Below are positions 32,957 to 46,293 of a stretch of 64,000 nucleotides of DNA, one piece after another. Each line of letters starts with the position of its first letter. The stretch's first letter is position 1. Made by a program: the position numbers and the translations under genes. The notes under the pieces were generated by a model. It ran no database searches. It saw only the letters and a list, made by a program, of their open reading frames with translations, and was not told the origin of the DNA. This stretch comes from a virus (taxonomy: Duplodnaviria; Caudoviricetes): positions 32,001 to 96,000 of IMG/VR virus record IMGVR_UViG_3300021400_000012; one strand, given 5' to 3'.

Positions 32957-34879
32957 ATGAGTTTATAGGTTTGGCTTCCATTAAATGGAACTATAAAAAA
33001 TCAAGGTCTAAGTGATACTGTTACCAGTATATCCGGCGCCGTATCAGCTATTGGAAAAATGGGTACTTGTTATTCATTTGATGGGCAAGATGATTATATT
33101 TCTATTAATAATTCTGATTTATATTCAACCCTTTCTGGCGGCGCTAATAATTTTTCTATGACTTTTTGGATTTATCATGCTGACTCCAGTAGAGCTATAA
33201 TTTTTGGTGATTATTAGTTATCTGGAACTATATCCTTTAATGTAGAATTAACAACTAGTCATACTGTTAGATTTTATTGGGGAGGTTCTCCTGATAAAAC
33301 TTTTTCAAATAGTGGTGTGGGACTCAATACATGGACACACATTGCTTTAACTTATAATGGTAGTAAAATTTTAATTTATAAAAATGGTGAGTTATTATCT
33401 GATTCATATTCTAGTACTTTAAGCAAGAAAAATAAAACGTCTGGTTTATATCGCTTAGGACGAGATAATAGAACTGGAACTACTGCTTTTAAAGGACGAT
33501 TAAATGATTTTCGTATTTACAATCATTGTTTGTCTGCAAAAGAAATAAAAGAAATTTCAAATGGACTTATACTTCATTTGCCTTTTAAAGACAATGGTAT
33601 TGTTCCTTTTAACAAAAATTTATTACCAGATTCTAATGTAAATTCTCTTAGTAAATATTTAGGTACACAAGCCCGGTATTATGAAAATGCAAGCCAAACA
33701 TCCTATACTAATACGTGGGTTACTATTGAAGATCCGCCTGTACCAGGAATTTTAAATGGTATACAACAAACAGTAACAGCTTCTGAGGGCTTTCATAGTG
33801 TCACATGGTATTCAGGTGGTACCGTTTCAGTATCAGCCGTACCATATACTATGAGTGCTTATATAAAACGTTTATCAGGTACAGATTTAGTTGTACAATT
33901 TGAGTATGGTAAAAACCCTTATGTATGGAAAAGAATAACGTTGGAAAACGATGATGAATGGCATCAATATAGCTGGACTTTTATTCCAGACACAGCCTCG
34001 GGGAAAGCTGCTGCGAGTGGTACAACACGTATATATTGTGGTGGTTTATATTCAGTGGGAGAAGTTCTAATTTGTGGCTGGAAGTTAGAAAGAGGGAGTG
34101 TTGCAACTCCATGGAATGAGTGTGGCAATACTTTTTATGATTGTTCAGGTTTTCATCATAATGGTATGGGCTTAGGTGAATTAACAAAAGTAAATTATGA
34201 TTTTAGATATGGAACTGCTCTTAATTTAAATTCTACAGCCCAACATGTAATGATTCCAGATTTTTCAACTGAAGGATTTAGTGATTCTTACACTATTTCG
34301 TGGTGGGGAAATCGAAATACAAATGAATCAATGTTTTGGGGCTTTGGAGATGGAAATAGATTAAATGGTCTGTATAAAGGATATTTATGGAATACTAACG
34401 ATGGACTAGAAAACATTTTATATTCTCCAGGTACTACCACTCAAGTTACACCTTCAGCAACTAATACTTGGAATCATTGGGTTATGACTGGAGATGGAAC
34501 CACTTGTAAAGTATATAAAGATGGCGAATTATGGGGCGTTGCAAAAACATATAAGCCTATTAATGGATCTTTACTTTTTATTAATGGATATAATAATTTG
34601 TCTAGTTATACGGCATCAAGTTTATAGATAAGTGACTTTCGTATTTATGCAACCGCATTATCTGCAGAAGAAATAAAAGAGCTTTATAATACTTCAGCTG
34701 CAATTGATAACAAAGGTAATGGTTACGCTAGAGAAGAAATTGAAGATACGGATATATTATCTATAAATAGAAAAGGTCAATTTATAAATAATAAAGTGGT
34801 TGAAAGTGATAATAATACTACTGCTTATTTGGGCAAGATAGATAAATCATTAAATGTAAATACATTTTATGAGTATTAA
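32957..34879 (+). CDS. LamG/concanavalin-A-like lectin domain virion protein (640 aa, TAG=Gln)
   Basis: MSL-Q-VWLPLNG. Two LamG-type units (WTHIALTY...LNDFRIY; WNHWVMT...ISDFRIY) flank a CBM-like region. Confidence 0.8.
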
Positions 34880-34892
34880 TGAAGGAGTTGAA

Positions 34893-35453
34893 ATGGCATA
34901 GTTAAAAGATTTAATTGTAAATGGCGCAACTTAGTTACTAGGTGACGTCATTACTAATAATTTGAAAGTTATTACAGTGGTCGCGCCAGACTCCTCAGGA
35001 AGTAGTGTTTATGGTAAAGGTATAGATGGCTAGGTTTTAAAAACAAACGGTAATTCTGTTTATTGGGGAGAAGGGTCGCTAGGAGCTTTTATAGCAGAAT
35101 ATGGCACGACCACGAATCAAGAAATAGAAACAGCAATTTCTAGTGGAAAAACAGTTTTTTGTCATTTATTAGATAATGGAATAAATTTTTATTTACCATT
35201 AGCAAGGAAAAATAGTGCTACTGATCATCGTTTTGGTGGAATATATGCTCAAGATGACATATATCTAATTGGAAGTTCGTGTGTAAATAATTCTTGGACT
35301 TTTTAGAATAGTACGCAAGCTTAGGCTGACTGGAATGCGACAAGTGGCGCTAGTGAAATTTTACATAAACCAACATAGGTTAGCTCATTTACAAATGATG
35401 CTGGTTATTTAACGCTAGCTACATTACCAATTTATGATGGAACAGTAATTTAA
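34893..35453 (+). CDS. tail-fibre-related protein (186 aa, absent from the ORF track)
   Basis: AAGGAG RBS, MA-Q-LKDLIV, Q-VLKTNG and SSFTNDAGYL. Open only with TAG=Gln. Confidence 0.7.
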
Positions 35454-35463
35454 GGAGGAACCA

Positions 35464-36282
35464 ATGCCAACTAATGTAACATATAAAGGTTCTTCTATCG
35501 CATCTTTCGCAGATACAACCAAAACATTAAAAACCGCTGGAAAATACATGGAAGATGATGTAACTATTATAGACACTATACCAAGTATTGTATTAACTGA
35601 AGAGCATTTACAGCCCGGCGGCGGTTATAGTATTGATTTAACAACTTTAGGCACTACACCTCCAAGTATTGTTGATACACTTGATATAAATGGTGGTACC
35701 ATTCGTACTATCACTACAGATATAGAGGTTAATTTATAGTCAAAAAATGCGACTCCCTCCTCTGTACAATAGACTATAACTTGTGATAGTAGTTATGATG
35801 GATTGTCTGAAGTCTTAGTGAGTGCGATTCCTTCAGAATATATCATTCCTGCAGGAATATTAAGTATTACAGAAAATGGTAGTGCTATTGATGTTGCACA
35901 ATATTCTGCTGTAAACGTAAATGTATTCGGCGGAGATGTTTACTAGGATGAGGCTGGTTTTATTATTTTTGCAGAAGAAGGAGAGGAAAGTTTAGATATG
36001 AATGTAGAAGTTACTGTTTCGTCTGATGGAAACGTCGCTTATTCTTTAGACGCCGGAAAATTATACCATTTTACTGGTAATTTAACAAATTTAACATTAA
36101 CTTTAAATGAAACATCTAGATTGAAACATTATCATTTTGATTTTTTTAGTGGTTCTACCGCGCCGTCTGTTAGTTTACCGTCAAATATCATTCTCCCTCA
36201 AGATTTTGCTATATTATCAAATAAACGTTATGAACTTGATATTTTAAATAATTATGGGACGGTAGGTGTATGGGCGAATTAA
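35464..36282 (+). CDS. virion/tail protein (272 aa, TAG=Gln)
   Basis: Joins track ORFs 35464 and 35998. L-Q-SKNATPS...YDGLSEV module shared with 36730. Confidence 0.72.
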
Positions 36283-36713
36283 TTATTAGACGAACTTTAC
36301 TAAATTATGAAACACGCTTGGATAAATTAAAATTTTGCTAGGGATACACGACAGATTTTACAACAAGTAACTATCCATAGCCTTTTCGAATTAAGTAGGT
36401 AAGCACTGCTAGAACAGTTATTGGTTATACAGATGGAAACATAACCATACCGGTTGTATCAGGTACAAATCCAAATGTTTATCCAATTCCACTACAAAGC
36501 ACTTCAAAAATAACGGTGACAGCTAACGTATCTTTTGAGCTAGACGTTATGAAAATTACTGACGGTGTTTGGAAAGTTTATTAGGGATGGTGGTGGTTAA
36601 CTTCTGGTTCTTCAGTAAATGTAAGTGATTATACTAATTAGGATTATTATTTTATTATTTTGGTGTAGAATAGAAGTGCTACTAAAGATAATGTAACTAT
36701 TATACTAGAATAA
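36270..36713 (+). CDS. hypothetical protein (147 aa, absent from the ORF track)
   Basis: Fills the operon gap. Open only with TAG=Gln and ends in TAA. Confidence 0.6.
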
Positions 36714-36729
36714 TGTAAATGAGGTATAA

Positions 36730-38304
36730 ATGGCTGACACTATAAAATTCTTTGGCAAAGAATACACAAATACTGTTGGGGTTAAATTTCCTAACGGGCA
36801 AGGAGATTTATTAACATTTATACGACCCCAAGGCACAAAACTTATTACAGAAAATGGAACTGGAATTGATGTAGCCTCTTATGCCGCAGTTGACGTTAAT
36901 GTATCGGGTGGCTCTGGAGGTGGGGTTTATTAGTCAAAGACAATAAATCCGTCTGAATCACAATAGAATGTAGTTCCTGATAGTGGATATGATGCACTTT
37001 CAAGTGTCACGGTGACTGCAATAGCATCTGATTATATTGGTTCTGCTATTCCGACTAGATCTAGCGCAGATTTGAGTGTGTCTGGCGCGAATGTCACTGT
37101 TCCTAGTGGTTTTTATAGCGCGCAAGTATCTGCGGCAGTTGCTAATGGAACGGAAGGCACCCCAATTGCGACGAAGGGAACTGTTAGTAATAATTCAATT
37201 ACAGTTACCCCGTCGGTCACGAACACCGCCGGTTATATTGCAGGCGGCACGAAGAGTGGAACTGGGATAAATATTACGGCTTCAGAGCTGGTTAGTGGTA
37301 CAAAGAGTATTACAGAAAATGGTACAGGAATAGATGTAACTAATTATGCATCGGTAGATGTAAATGTTAGTCCAAAACGTACTGCAACTATAACGGCAGC
37401 AGGCAAGCATGATGAGCGTGGTGATTTATATTCAGAGATTAGTTATGATGGTACAAATTATTATAGTCTAAATAGTACTTTTTAGTTTAGCCCAGGTGAT
37501 ACTGCAACTATCCATGTTCGTTTATATAATTCTGGCTCAATTATTATTGATATTGATGGTAATACAGTAGTAAATACTACTGCATAGTCGTATTCATATT
37601 CTTATATCTTACCAAATAATGATATTAATATTGAATTAGAAAATAACAATGCATCAAATCATATTTATATAATGAATAGCGCGATGACGCCATTGACCAT
37701 AACTCAAAATGGCACATACGTGGCGCCATCTGGAACTGGATATACACCTGTTACAGTTAATGTTTCCACACCAACACCTTCTTATCAATCTAAGGCGGCG
37801 ACACCTTCAGAGACTGCACAGACAATTACTCCAGATACTGGATATGATGCTCTTAGTCAAGTATCTATTAGTGCTGTTAGTTCGACTTATGTAGGCTCAG
37901 GCATTACGCGACGCAGTTCAACTGATTTAACTGCATCTACCTCTACAATTACGGCGCCGGCCGGTTATTATGCCTCGGCCGCCAGCAAAACCGTATCTGC
38001 GGGCACAGCAGGCACGCCTACTGCAACGAAAGGCACGGTTTCTAACCACTCTATTAGCGTAACGCCTTCTGTTACTAATACAACCGGTTGGATTACAGGT
38101 TCTACAAAATCTGGAACGGCAGTAACTGTATCTGCAAGTGAGTTAGTTTCTGGCAGTGAAACAAAGACTTCAAATGGAACATATGATGTTACTAATTTAG
38201 CTAGCTTATAGGTTGCAATTCCTATTGTAACTTATTATACTGGATCTTCCGCACCATCTTCTAGTTTAGGTTAGAATGGTGATATTTATTTACAGACATC
38301 ATAA
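36730..38304 (+). CDS. virion/tail protein with duplicated ~115-aa module (524 aa, TAG=Gln)
   Basis: Joins track ORFs 36730, 37012 and 37672. Module YQSK...GYDALS...ATKGTVSN...ASELVSG occurs twice. Confidence 0.78.
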
Positions 38305-38313
38305 GGAGGTATA

Positions 38314-39654
38314 ATGGGCACAATAACAAAGCAAGAAACACTTTCAGCTCATCCAACTTCTTATGATACCACACATCACAGTTATGCGTCTATTAGTACA
38401 TAGTATCCTATAACAAACGCATACACGGATTCAAGTTCCACTTCCTATGCACAAGTTTCCTGGAAAACTGGGAGTAATGCTGAAACTTATGTATATTTGA
38501 AGTTTGACTTTAGTGATATTCCTGCAAATGCCACTATTAAAACTGTAACGGCTAAAGCAAAGGGCTACGTTAATACAACAAACTCTTCTAGAGTAACATC
38601 GAGGCAGATGCAACTTGCTACAGGAACAACACTCAAAGGTAGCGCCCTTACATTGTCTACGTCTACTTCAGAGCAGACGTTTTCAAATGTTGGAACGTGG
38701 ACAAGAAATGAGCTCCTTAATGCAGGAATTAGATACTATGTAAAGCGAGGCACGTCTAACACATCTTCTACTTATTATATTCGTATGTACGGTGCGACTA
38801 TGTCTGTTACATACGAATGGGAAGAGACGACTTACACAATAACAGTTAACAATTCTACTAGCGTAAACGTTGTTGCGGATCCAAACGAGGTAGTATCAGG
38901 CGAGTCTAGCGAAATAAAAGCTGATGATATTTCTGGGATTACTATAAAAGATAATGGAGTAGATGTAACTAGCCAGTTTGTGCAAAAGCAAGAATCTGGG
39001 AGTTATGAAATAGATAACGTTGGCACCTATGGCTTTGCGTTAAATAGTAATAATTATTATGAAAGTCAAAACAAGGGGGTGAACCAATCTGCAGCAGTAT
39101 GCAGAATTAACTTCTCACTTCCAGTATCTGCCACAATTACATTTACTTTTATTAACTATGCTGAAAGCGGATATGATTTTGGTGTGTTTGGAAATATCGA
39201 TACGGCATTAAACACAGATTATTATTCTGCAGGAAGCGACGGCGCCACAATCACCGACTCAAGTTACAAATTAGCCTGTAACACTAGTACTTATAATACC
39301 TCGTCCACGCATACACTTACGTATTCAATGTCGGCTGGCGACCATTATATTGATGTAAAATATTCAAAAGATGATGCCAGTGCTGCTAACAACGATACTT
39401 TGCAGTTTAGAGTTGCAATCGCCCTGGATAGCGTTCCTCCAGTATATTATGGGTATACTATTTCAAACGTTCAAGGTGATCACACAATTTTAGTTGTAAT
39501 GGCTGTCACGGATAAACTATTTGTGAAACCAAGCAATTCATGGATTCAAACGGTAAAAGCTTATACAAAAATTAATGATTCATGGGTTGAACAGTCAGAT
39601 TTGACAACTGTATTTAATTCTAGTACAAATTATGTATATGGAGGTAACGTCTAA
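38314..39654 (+). CDS. virion beta-sandwich protein (446 aa, 1 TAG)
   Basis: AGGAGG RBS, ATG 38314 in frame with track ORF 38497. Confidence 0.75.
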
Positions 39655-41177
39655 TGGCAATTTCAAAATTTACAGTTGATGGCGTTACTTAGATTGATTT
39701 AACTTAGGATACGATTGTTCCAGAACATTTATATGTTAATGAAACAGCTTTAAGTGCGGCCGGCGATAGTATTGAAGGAGCTGCATAGGCAGATAATGAA
39801 GATGCTTTTTTAGAGCGGTCACTGAGTGGTATATATTATAATCCTGACATTACTACAATCGGGGCCACAGCATTTCGTTGGATGCCAAATATTACAAAAA
39901 TAAATGTACCAAACGTGATAAAAATTGGAGATGAAAGTGTTTATAATTTAGTTGGATTAGAAGAAATTACCACAGGTCAATTAACATCTTTAGGAACAAA
40001 AGCTTTTATGGGGTGCAGTTCTTTAAAAGTTCCTCCTGATATATCAAGATTGGTTACGTTACCTTCATATGCTTTTAATGGCTGCGCCGCGCTTGAATCG
40101 ATTGATTTAACAAATAAAGAGGCTGTTGGTTCATATACTTTTTAGAATTGCTCTAGCTTAAAATAGGTTTCTTTGCCAAACTTAATTTATTAGGCAGATG
40201 CTACCGATACTTTTTAGAATTGTACTGCTTTAGAATCAGTTTATATGCCAAAGTGCCAAGGATTTGGTGGTACTAATGTATTTATGGGATGTACTTCTTT
40301 AAAGGGAATTGTTTTACCTAATCTTGGTGGGCATAATGGAGCAGCCGCGACTTTTAATATTTACTAGTCATGGTTTAATAATGATAAAAATTTAGAATAT
40401 GTAGATGTTCGTACTCCTCCTTCGATTGCGACTCAAGCTTTTATTGATTGTTCAAAATTAACAACCTTAATTATTCGTGGTGAAAGAGTAACTAGTTTAG
40501 CTAATATTGCGGCATTTACTAGAACTCCTTTTGCTTCTGGGCAGACTGGTGGAACTTTATACGTTCCTCAAGATATGATTGAATCGTATTAGTCAGCGAC
40601 AAACTGGTCTACAATTTTAAATTATGAAAATAATCAAATTCTTCCGATAGAAGGCTCTCAATATGAACACTACTATGCTGATGGAACTTTAATTCCTACC
40701 GATGGTTGGGATCTTGCAGCCAATGGTGTTCTTAATTTGGCAAATGCCACTCGAACCAATGGTATAATTATTATGAACCCTACCTCATTGAGTTGGGGCT
40801 TTTAGGCCAGATTAAATTATTTATTTTATACTTGGGGAGAAATAAAAACCAATTATAAAGTTCGAGTTAGTTTTGATTATGCTATCACTAATTGTGTAAC
40901 TGATGGAGCTTTAGCGGTTGCACCAGAATTGGTTGCATCTAGAACTCCTGGTGGTGCAAGTAGGCTTAATTATGATGGTTTAAGTAGCATATTTGGTAAT
41001 GGTAGTGGGCACTATGAGTAGATTCAAGATCCCATTACTATGCAATACGGAGATGGAGCATTTCCAGATACAGCTTTTTATGGTTTGTGTTTATATGCTC
41101 ATACCGGTAAGGGGTCTCACGTAGAAATTAGTAATCTGATTTTTGAGGTAGCACCTAGCGAGGCGGTGGAAGAATGA
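39654..41177 (+). CDS. BspA-type leucine-rich-repeat protein 1 (507 aa, many TAG)
   Basis: AF.GC.SL repeats and YVP.....Y..ATNW cap. Confidence 0.8.
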
Positions 41178-42754
41178 GCGTAGCAAAATTATAGTGGAAT
41201 GGAAAAACAATAGTTGATTTAACTGATAAAACTGTTAACGCGTCTAATTTACATGAAGGATATACTGCGAAAGATAATTCAGGAGATCAAATTATAGGCG
41301 ATGCAACCGCTTCTCATTCGGTTGAAAATCAATTGGTTGAAAGAACCTTAAGTGGTACTTATACAAATACGCGAATAACAAGTTTAGGCAATAATTTTGC
41401 TTTAGCACGTTTAACTAATTTAACAGAGGTAAATTTACCTAATGTAACTAACCTGCATGGTTATGATTTTGATGCAAGTGGAATTGTAACAATTCATTTG
41501 CCTAAAATTACCACAATTTCTTCATATAGTTTTCGAAAATGTAATAAATTAAAAACAATTGATTGCCCAAATGTAACCCTTGTAAAAGAGGGAGCGTTTT
41601 AGGATTGCACTAGCTTAACAGCAATTACAAGTGAAAATTTCCCTGCAGTTACAACTATTGGAACTAAGGGTTTTTAGGGTTGCACAAATATTACTGAAAT
41701 AAATTTGCCAAATTTAACAAATTTAGGTGAAGCTGGTGCGGTTGGATCTAATGCTTTTTATGGATGTACAAAATTAACGAAAGTAAATTTACCAAATCTT
41801 ATTAATGTTGGTACTGGTGGACATTAGTTTCATAGTTGTACATCACTACTTTCAATCCATCTGACAAAAGTTGGAACTGGAACTTGCATGTTTTAGAGTT
41901 GTACAAGTTTATTGACTGCTGTCATTGAAAACGGCACCGTTTTAAACGGACAAACTTTTAGAGAAGATGCAAAATTAATTACTCTTGATACTAATTAGAC
42001 CAAAACAGGAATTTGGGAATTTAGAAATTGCAGCGCTTTAAGCAATATAATTTTACGGCATACCGCGATTATGACACTCACTTATGGTATTACTGCGAAT
42101 AATGACTCTTTTTATGGAACCAATTTTTTAAGTGGAGGAACAGGTGGTTCTATTTATGTTCCAGCTAATTTATTAGAAAATTATAAGGCGGCAACAAATT
42201 GGGCTACTTTAAATAGTTATGGTACAGTAGCGTGGAAAACCATTGAAGGTTCTCCTTATGAACATTATTGGGGAGATGGTGTACCAATGGATGGTTACTA
42301 GCCTATTAATCATATGTTGACCAATAGCACTTTTACTGGAACAGGGGTTACGTGTGTAACAAATCAGGCCAATCACGTAAAAGTCACTCTATCTGATGCA
42401 ACTGCTCCAGTAATTATAAATCTAACTACAAAAGAGATAGGAGGCGCTTCAGTGGTCAATAATCTAGCAACAAGTTTATTCACAATTCCTGCATCAACAC
42501 AATGCAAACTTTGGCTTACTAATATTAAAAACGCAGCAGGTTCTGATTTTGCAATAAATTTTAGAAAAACTGGACAAGCGACTTCTGCTAGTTTTGGTAC
42601 TGGTAATGGAACACACACTGGAGATTTAACCATTACATAGACGCTATCTTCTGCTGAAGATGTAAGTTGTTTATTTGTGTATATTAACACACCAGTTAAT
42701 GGGACAATTGAATTTGATGTGGCTTTTGGCGTAGGTAATAATAGATATATTTGA
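41174..42754 (+). CDS. BspA-type leucine-rich-repeat protein 2 (526 aa, many TAG)
   Basis: Joins track ORFs 41333, 42071 and 42314. F..CT.L..VNLP repeats and IYVPANLLENYKAATNW. Confidence 0.8.
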
Positions 42755-42761
42755 GGTGTGA

Positions 42762-44066
42762 ATGGCAGTAGCAAAAATAAATTTAAATGGTAATACATGG
42801 ATTGATCTGACAAATGATACAGTCGCCGCGAACAACCTGGCAACTGGCAAAACTGCACATGGCGCGGATGGAGAGGCTATAGTCGGGGAAGCAGGAATAG
42901 CAGCAAAAGAAAAACAAATTAATTTTATTGATTACGATGGAAAAATACTGTATTCGTATACGGCAGAAGAATGGGCGAGTGTTACCGCTCTCCCAGCAAA
43001 TCCGTCTCATACTGGTTTAACCGCTCAGGGTTGGAATTGGACAAAATTTCAAATTGATGCACAACTAAGCGATGTTGGTGATAGTATAATTGTAGGGCAG
43101 ATGTATCTTACAGAAAGTCAAAATACAGAAATCGACATTGAATTACAGAAGTATCGACTTTCCCCATATTTGGGGATAGCGGTTAATGGCATCGTTGAAG
43201 TTGATTGGGGAGACAACTCGTCGCCGAGTACTATAATGGGCACTTCGCTAACTAATCCGGTTTTAACAAAACATCAATATCAATCAGCGGGAAAATACAC
43301 AATCATTATTAGTGTGGTGTCTGGAGATTTTGCATTTAATGGGAATAATGGGTTTATAACAGTATTATCTACTGGTGTATCCAATGCTAATGGAAACTAT
43401 GTTTATGCGAATTGCATAACTTCAATAAGGTTGGGGACAGGTGCCAAAATTGGTGATTATGCATTTACTAGATGTTGCCAACTTGTATCTATTACAATTC
43501 CCAGTAGTGTAACGAGTATTGGTGAGCACGCATTTTCGTATTGCTACAGTCTTGCTTTTGCCACAGTACCAAGTGGTATAGCAACTCTTCCTGATGCTGT
43601 ATTTATGCTTTGCAATAGTCTTTTTTACGTATCCATACCGAGCAGTTTAACAAGTATTAGTTATAATATGGTTAATAGCTGTAGCAGTCTTAGACTTATT
43701 ACTATTCCAAGCGGTGTGACAAGCTTTGGTGGTGGTTCTTTCAACAGCTGCTACAGTATTTCTTCTATTATAATACCAGAGGGCGTAACTGCTATTCCAG
43801 ATAATGGACTTATGGGTCTTTATGGTCTTGGTTTACTTATAATATCAAGTACTGTATCCAGCATTGGAACCTACGCGTTCCGATATGCTTACGGACTCAG
43901 GAAAATGCGTTTTGAGTCGGTAACGCCACCGACGATAGCAAACAAAAACGCTGTGGCGCAAATTCCGACTGACTGCATTATCAGTGTGCCAGTCGGATCA
44001 TTAACTGCATATACTACTGCAACGAACTATCCATCAAGTGCAACGTATACTTATATTGAGGAGTGA
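42762..44066 (+). CDS. BspA-type LRR protein 3 with PKD-like domain (434 aa, no TAG)
   Basis: VDWGD...HQY...GKYTI and IPSSVTSIG..AF..C.SL repeats. Confidence 0.85.
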   Translation: MAVAKINLNGNTWIDLTNDTVAANNLATGKTAHGADGEAIVGEAGIAAKEKQINFIDYDGKILYSYTAEEWASVTALPANPSHTGLTAQGWNWTKFQIDAQLSDVGDSIIVGQMYLTESQNTEIDIELQKYRLSPYLGIAVNGIVEVDWGDNSSPSTIMGTSLTNPVLTKHQYQSAGKYTIIISVVSGDFAFNGNNGFITVLSTGVSNANGNYVYANCITSIRLGTGAKIGDYAFTRCCQLVSITIPSSVTSIGEHAFSYCYSLAFATVPSGIATLPDAVFMLCNSLFYVSIPSSLTSISYNMVNSCSSLRLITIPSGVTSFGGGSFNSCYSISSIIIPEGVTAIPDNGLMGLYGLGLLIISSTVSSIGTYAFRYAYGLRKMRFESVTPPTIANKNAVAQIPTDCIISVPVGSLTAYTTATNYPSSATYTYIEE

Positions 44067-44069
44067 AAA

Positions 44070-44315
44070 ATGATAGTTACAGAACAGTTTACTGAGGGCG
44101 GAATGACCCTTATCCGCACGTATTCTGATAGAGGTGTGAAAATCCACGGCGGATTTCCTGAGGGCGATTACGATGAAGCGGTCGATCCAGCGGAGTTCGG
44201 CAGGACGTACACGGAGACGAATATCCCGATTGAGGAAACTGAAGCCTCCGAAGAAATTCCAAGCGAAAATACAAACGCAGAAGAAATTCTCAACATTCTC
44301 TTGGGAGGTGAATAA
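44070..44315 (+). CDS. small acidic tail-fibre-associated protein
   Basis: GAGGAG RBS, LIRTYSD...YDEAVD...RTYTET. Follows the LRR gene. Confidence 0.7.
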   Translation: MIVTEQFTEGGMTLIRTYSDRGVKIHGGFPEGDYDEAVDPAEFGRTYTETNIPIEETEASEEIPSENTNAEEILNILLGGE

Positions 44316-44773
44316 TGACAATTCAAGAACTACTAGCCTTACCGCGAGAAGAACAATTAAGTTTTGTTCGACGTCTGCGCGCTTTAATTGAAAAAGCTTC
44401 TGCATTTCTCTCTGATGAAGACGCATTAAACGGAATTGAGCTTTTCGCTCCATGGAAAGAAAATACATGGTACAATCTAGATGACCGAATTTGTCACGAA
44501 GAAAAACTTTATCGCGTACGACAGGGACACACCTCTTCCGCGCTAAATCCACCTGGTTCAGAAGGCACTCAAGCTCTCTACGCAGAAGTAGCAGCGCCAG
44601 GCCAGGGAGAAACGCCAAATAACCCAATTGAATACAATAATAACATGGCGCTTGAGGAAGGCAAATATTATACGCAAAACAATGTTATTTATATTTGTAT
44701 TCGTGACACAATCAATCCAGTCTATAACAACCTTGCAGACTTAGTTGGTTTATATGTAAATATATATGAATAA
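44315..44773 (+). CDS. CBM5/12 (chitin-binding-like) domain protein
   Basis: W.....Y..DDRI.....LY...QGHTS. Confidence 0.72.
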   Translation: MTIQELLALPREEQLSFVRRLRALIEKASAFLSDEDALNGIELFAPWKENTWYNLDDRICHEEKLYRVRQGHTSSALNPPGSEGTQALYAEVAAPGQGETPNNPIEYNNNMALEEGKYYTQNNVIYICIRDTINPVYNNLADLVGLYVNIYE

Positions 44774-44829
44774 CCACTTTTTTAAAATTTTTACAGAAAA
44801 AATCTACTAAAAAAGTAGAGGTAAAAAGA

Positions 44830-46251
44830 ATGGCAAATTTAACCATTGGAAATAAATCAGCTGATTCAAGTTATTCTTTATTGCTTGATGCGAATTTAAA
44901 AGTTTTAAATAGTCAAGCTGAAGAAGTCGATCTAATCAGTACGGCAGCTTCTGTTGCTTCAGATTCACTCGCACGATTACAAGCAGCATCAGTTTATACA
45001 GTTTATAATGCAATTCCATCCTGGGCTAGGTCTTCGACAAAACCAACATATACGGCGGCCGAGGTAGGAGCTGTCCCGACATCAAGAACAGTCAACGGCC
45101 AGTCATTGAATTCTAATGTGACATTAACAGCCGCAAATGTTGGTGCGGTACCAACATCGAGAAAAGTAAATAATTATAGTATTAATGAAGATGTCACTAT
45201 TCAGGCAACTGATATTCCCTTCACACCAACTTAGGATATTTCAGCAACAAATGTCCAAGATGCAATTGCTGAACTTATTAATGGTTCAGAGTATGAATAT
45301 ACAATTCATTCTAATACAGCAAGTTTGTATCATGAAAGTTATAAATTTGCGAATGGTATTTTAATCGAGAACATTCATAGTATAAATACAGTAGTGACAT
45401 CTTCATGGAACCAATCGGGTGGTATTTATTATATTATGTACTAGCCAATTGCGTTTGCGAATGAATTTATTAGAACTCCTACAGCATAGATTTCTGCTAG
45501 AGGTTCTGCAGGGAATGTCAATGCATGGGCATGGTTTTATGGAGGAGTAACACCTACTTCAACAGGAAACTTTTTTGTGGGGCGAGGGAATAATACAGCA
45601 ACCGGAACAATTGTTGTAATGATTACTGCAATTGGCAGATGGACTGAAGAAATAAATAGCACAATATCAGTTTCTTCTGGTGGTACGAGTACTTCTAACT
45701 ATAATGACTTAACAAACAAACCGCAAGTGAATGGAAATACATTGACTGGAAATAAAGATGGTTCTACACTTGGACTTGTTGATCTCAATCAAGATGCGAC
45801 AAACTCTGGAAAGATTCTTGCAGTCGGAAGTGATGGCATTGTAGCTCCAACTTCAACAATAAATGGAGATTTGACTGTTAGTGGAAAGTTTTATAATCGA
45901 GATTAGATTTATAATGGTTCTACCACGGCTCTTTCAACAGGAGATTATACCTTATCAAACAATATTTCTAACTATCAATATTTAGAAATTTGGGCAGGGT
46001 TTAATGGGCGTGAAGATGTAAAGATTGTGCCAGTGCGATCCGGAACAAGTTTTTCAATCAGAATGTTGAATTTATCTGATGAAACATCTACCTTTTTAAC
46101 TGTGGTGGAGATGGGCTTATCTTTTAGTGGGACAACAATGACAATAGGACATACCGGATATTGGAATTGGACCGGAGTCGCCACTTCCGCCGCGACAATG
46201 TCTCAAGGTAAAACTGGTATTTATATAGAAAAAATTTATGGTGTTAGATAA
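44830..46251 (+). CDS. tail fibre protein (473 aa, TAG=Gln)
   Basis: Joins track ORFs 44830, 45577 and 46027. KPTYTAAEVGAVPTSRTVNG repeats and NYNDLTNKP. Confidence 0.78.
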
Positions 46252-46293
46252 TATCAGTACTAATAGCTGATTAATATAAAGGGGGACTTAAAA

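Noticed and set aside
1-46251. Fragmented tail genes as pseudogenes or sequencing errors
   Set aside because: The interruptions I traced are in-frame TAG with no frameshifts, and a matching suppressor tRNA is present.
29816-46251. Diversity-generating retroelement acting on fibre genes
   Set aside because: No reverse transcriptase and no adenine-mismatched TR/VR pair seen in the window.
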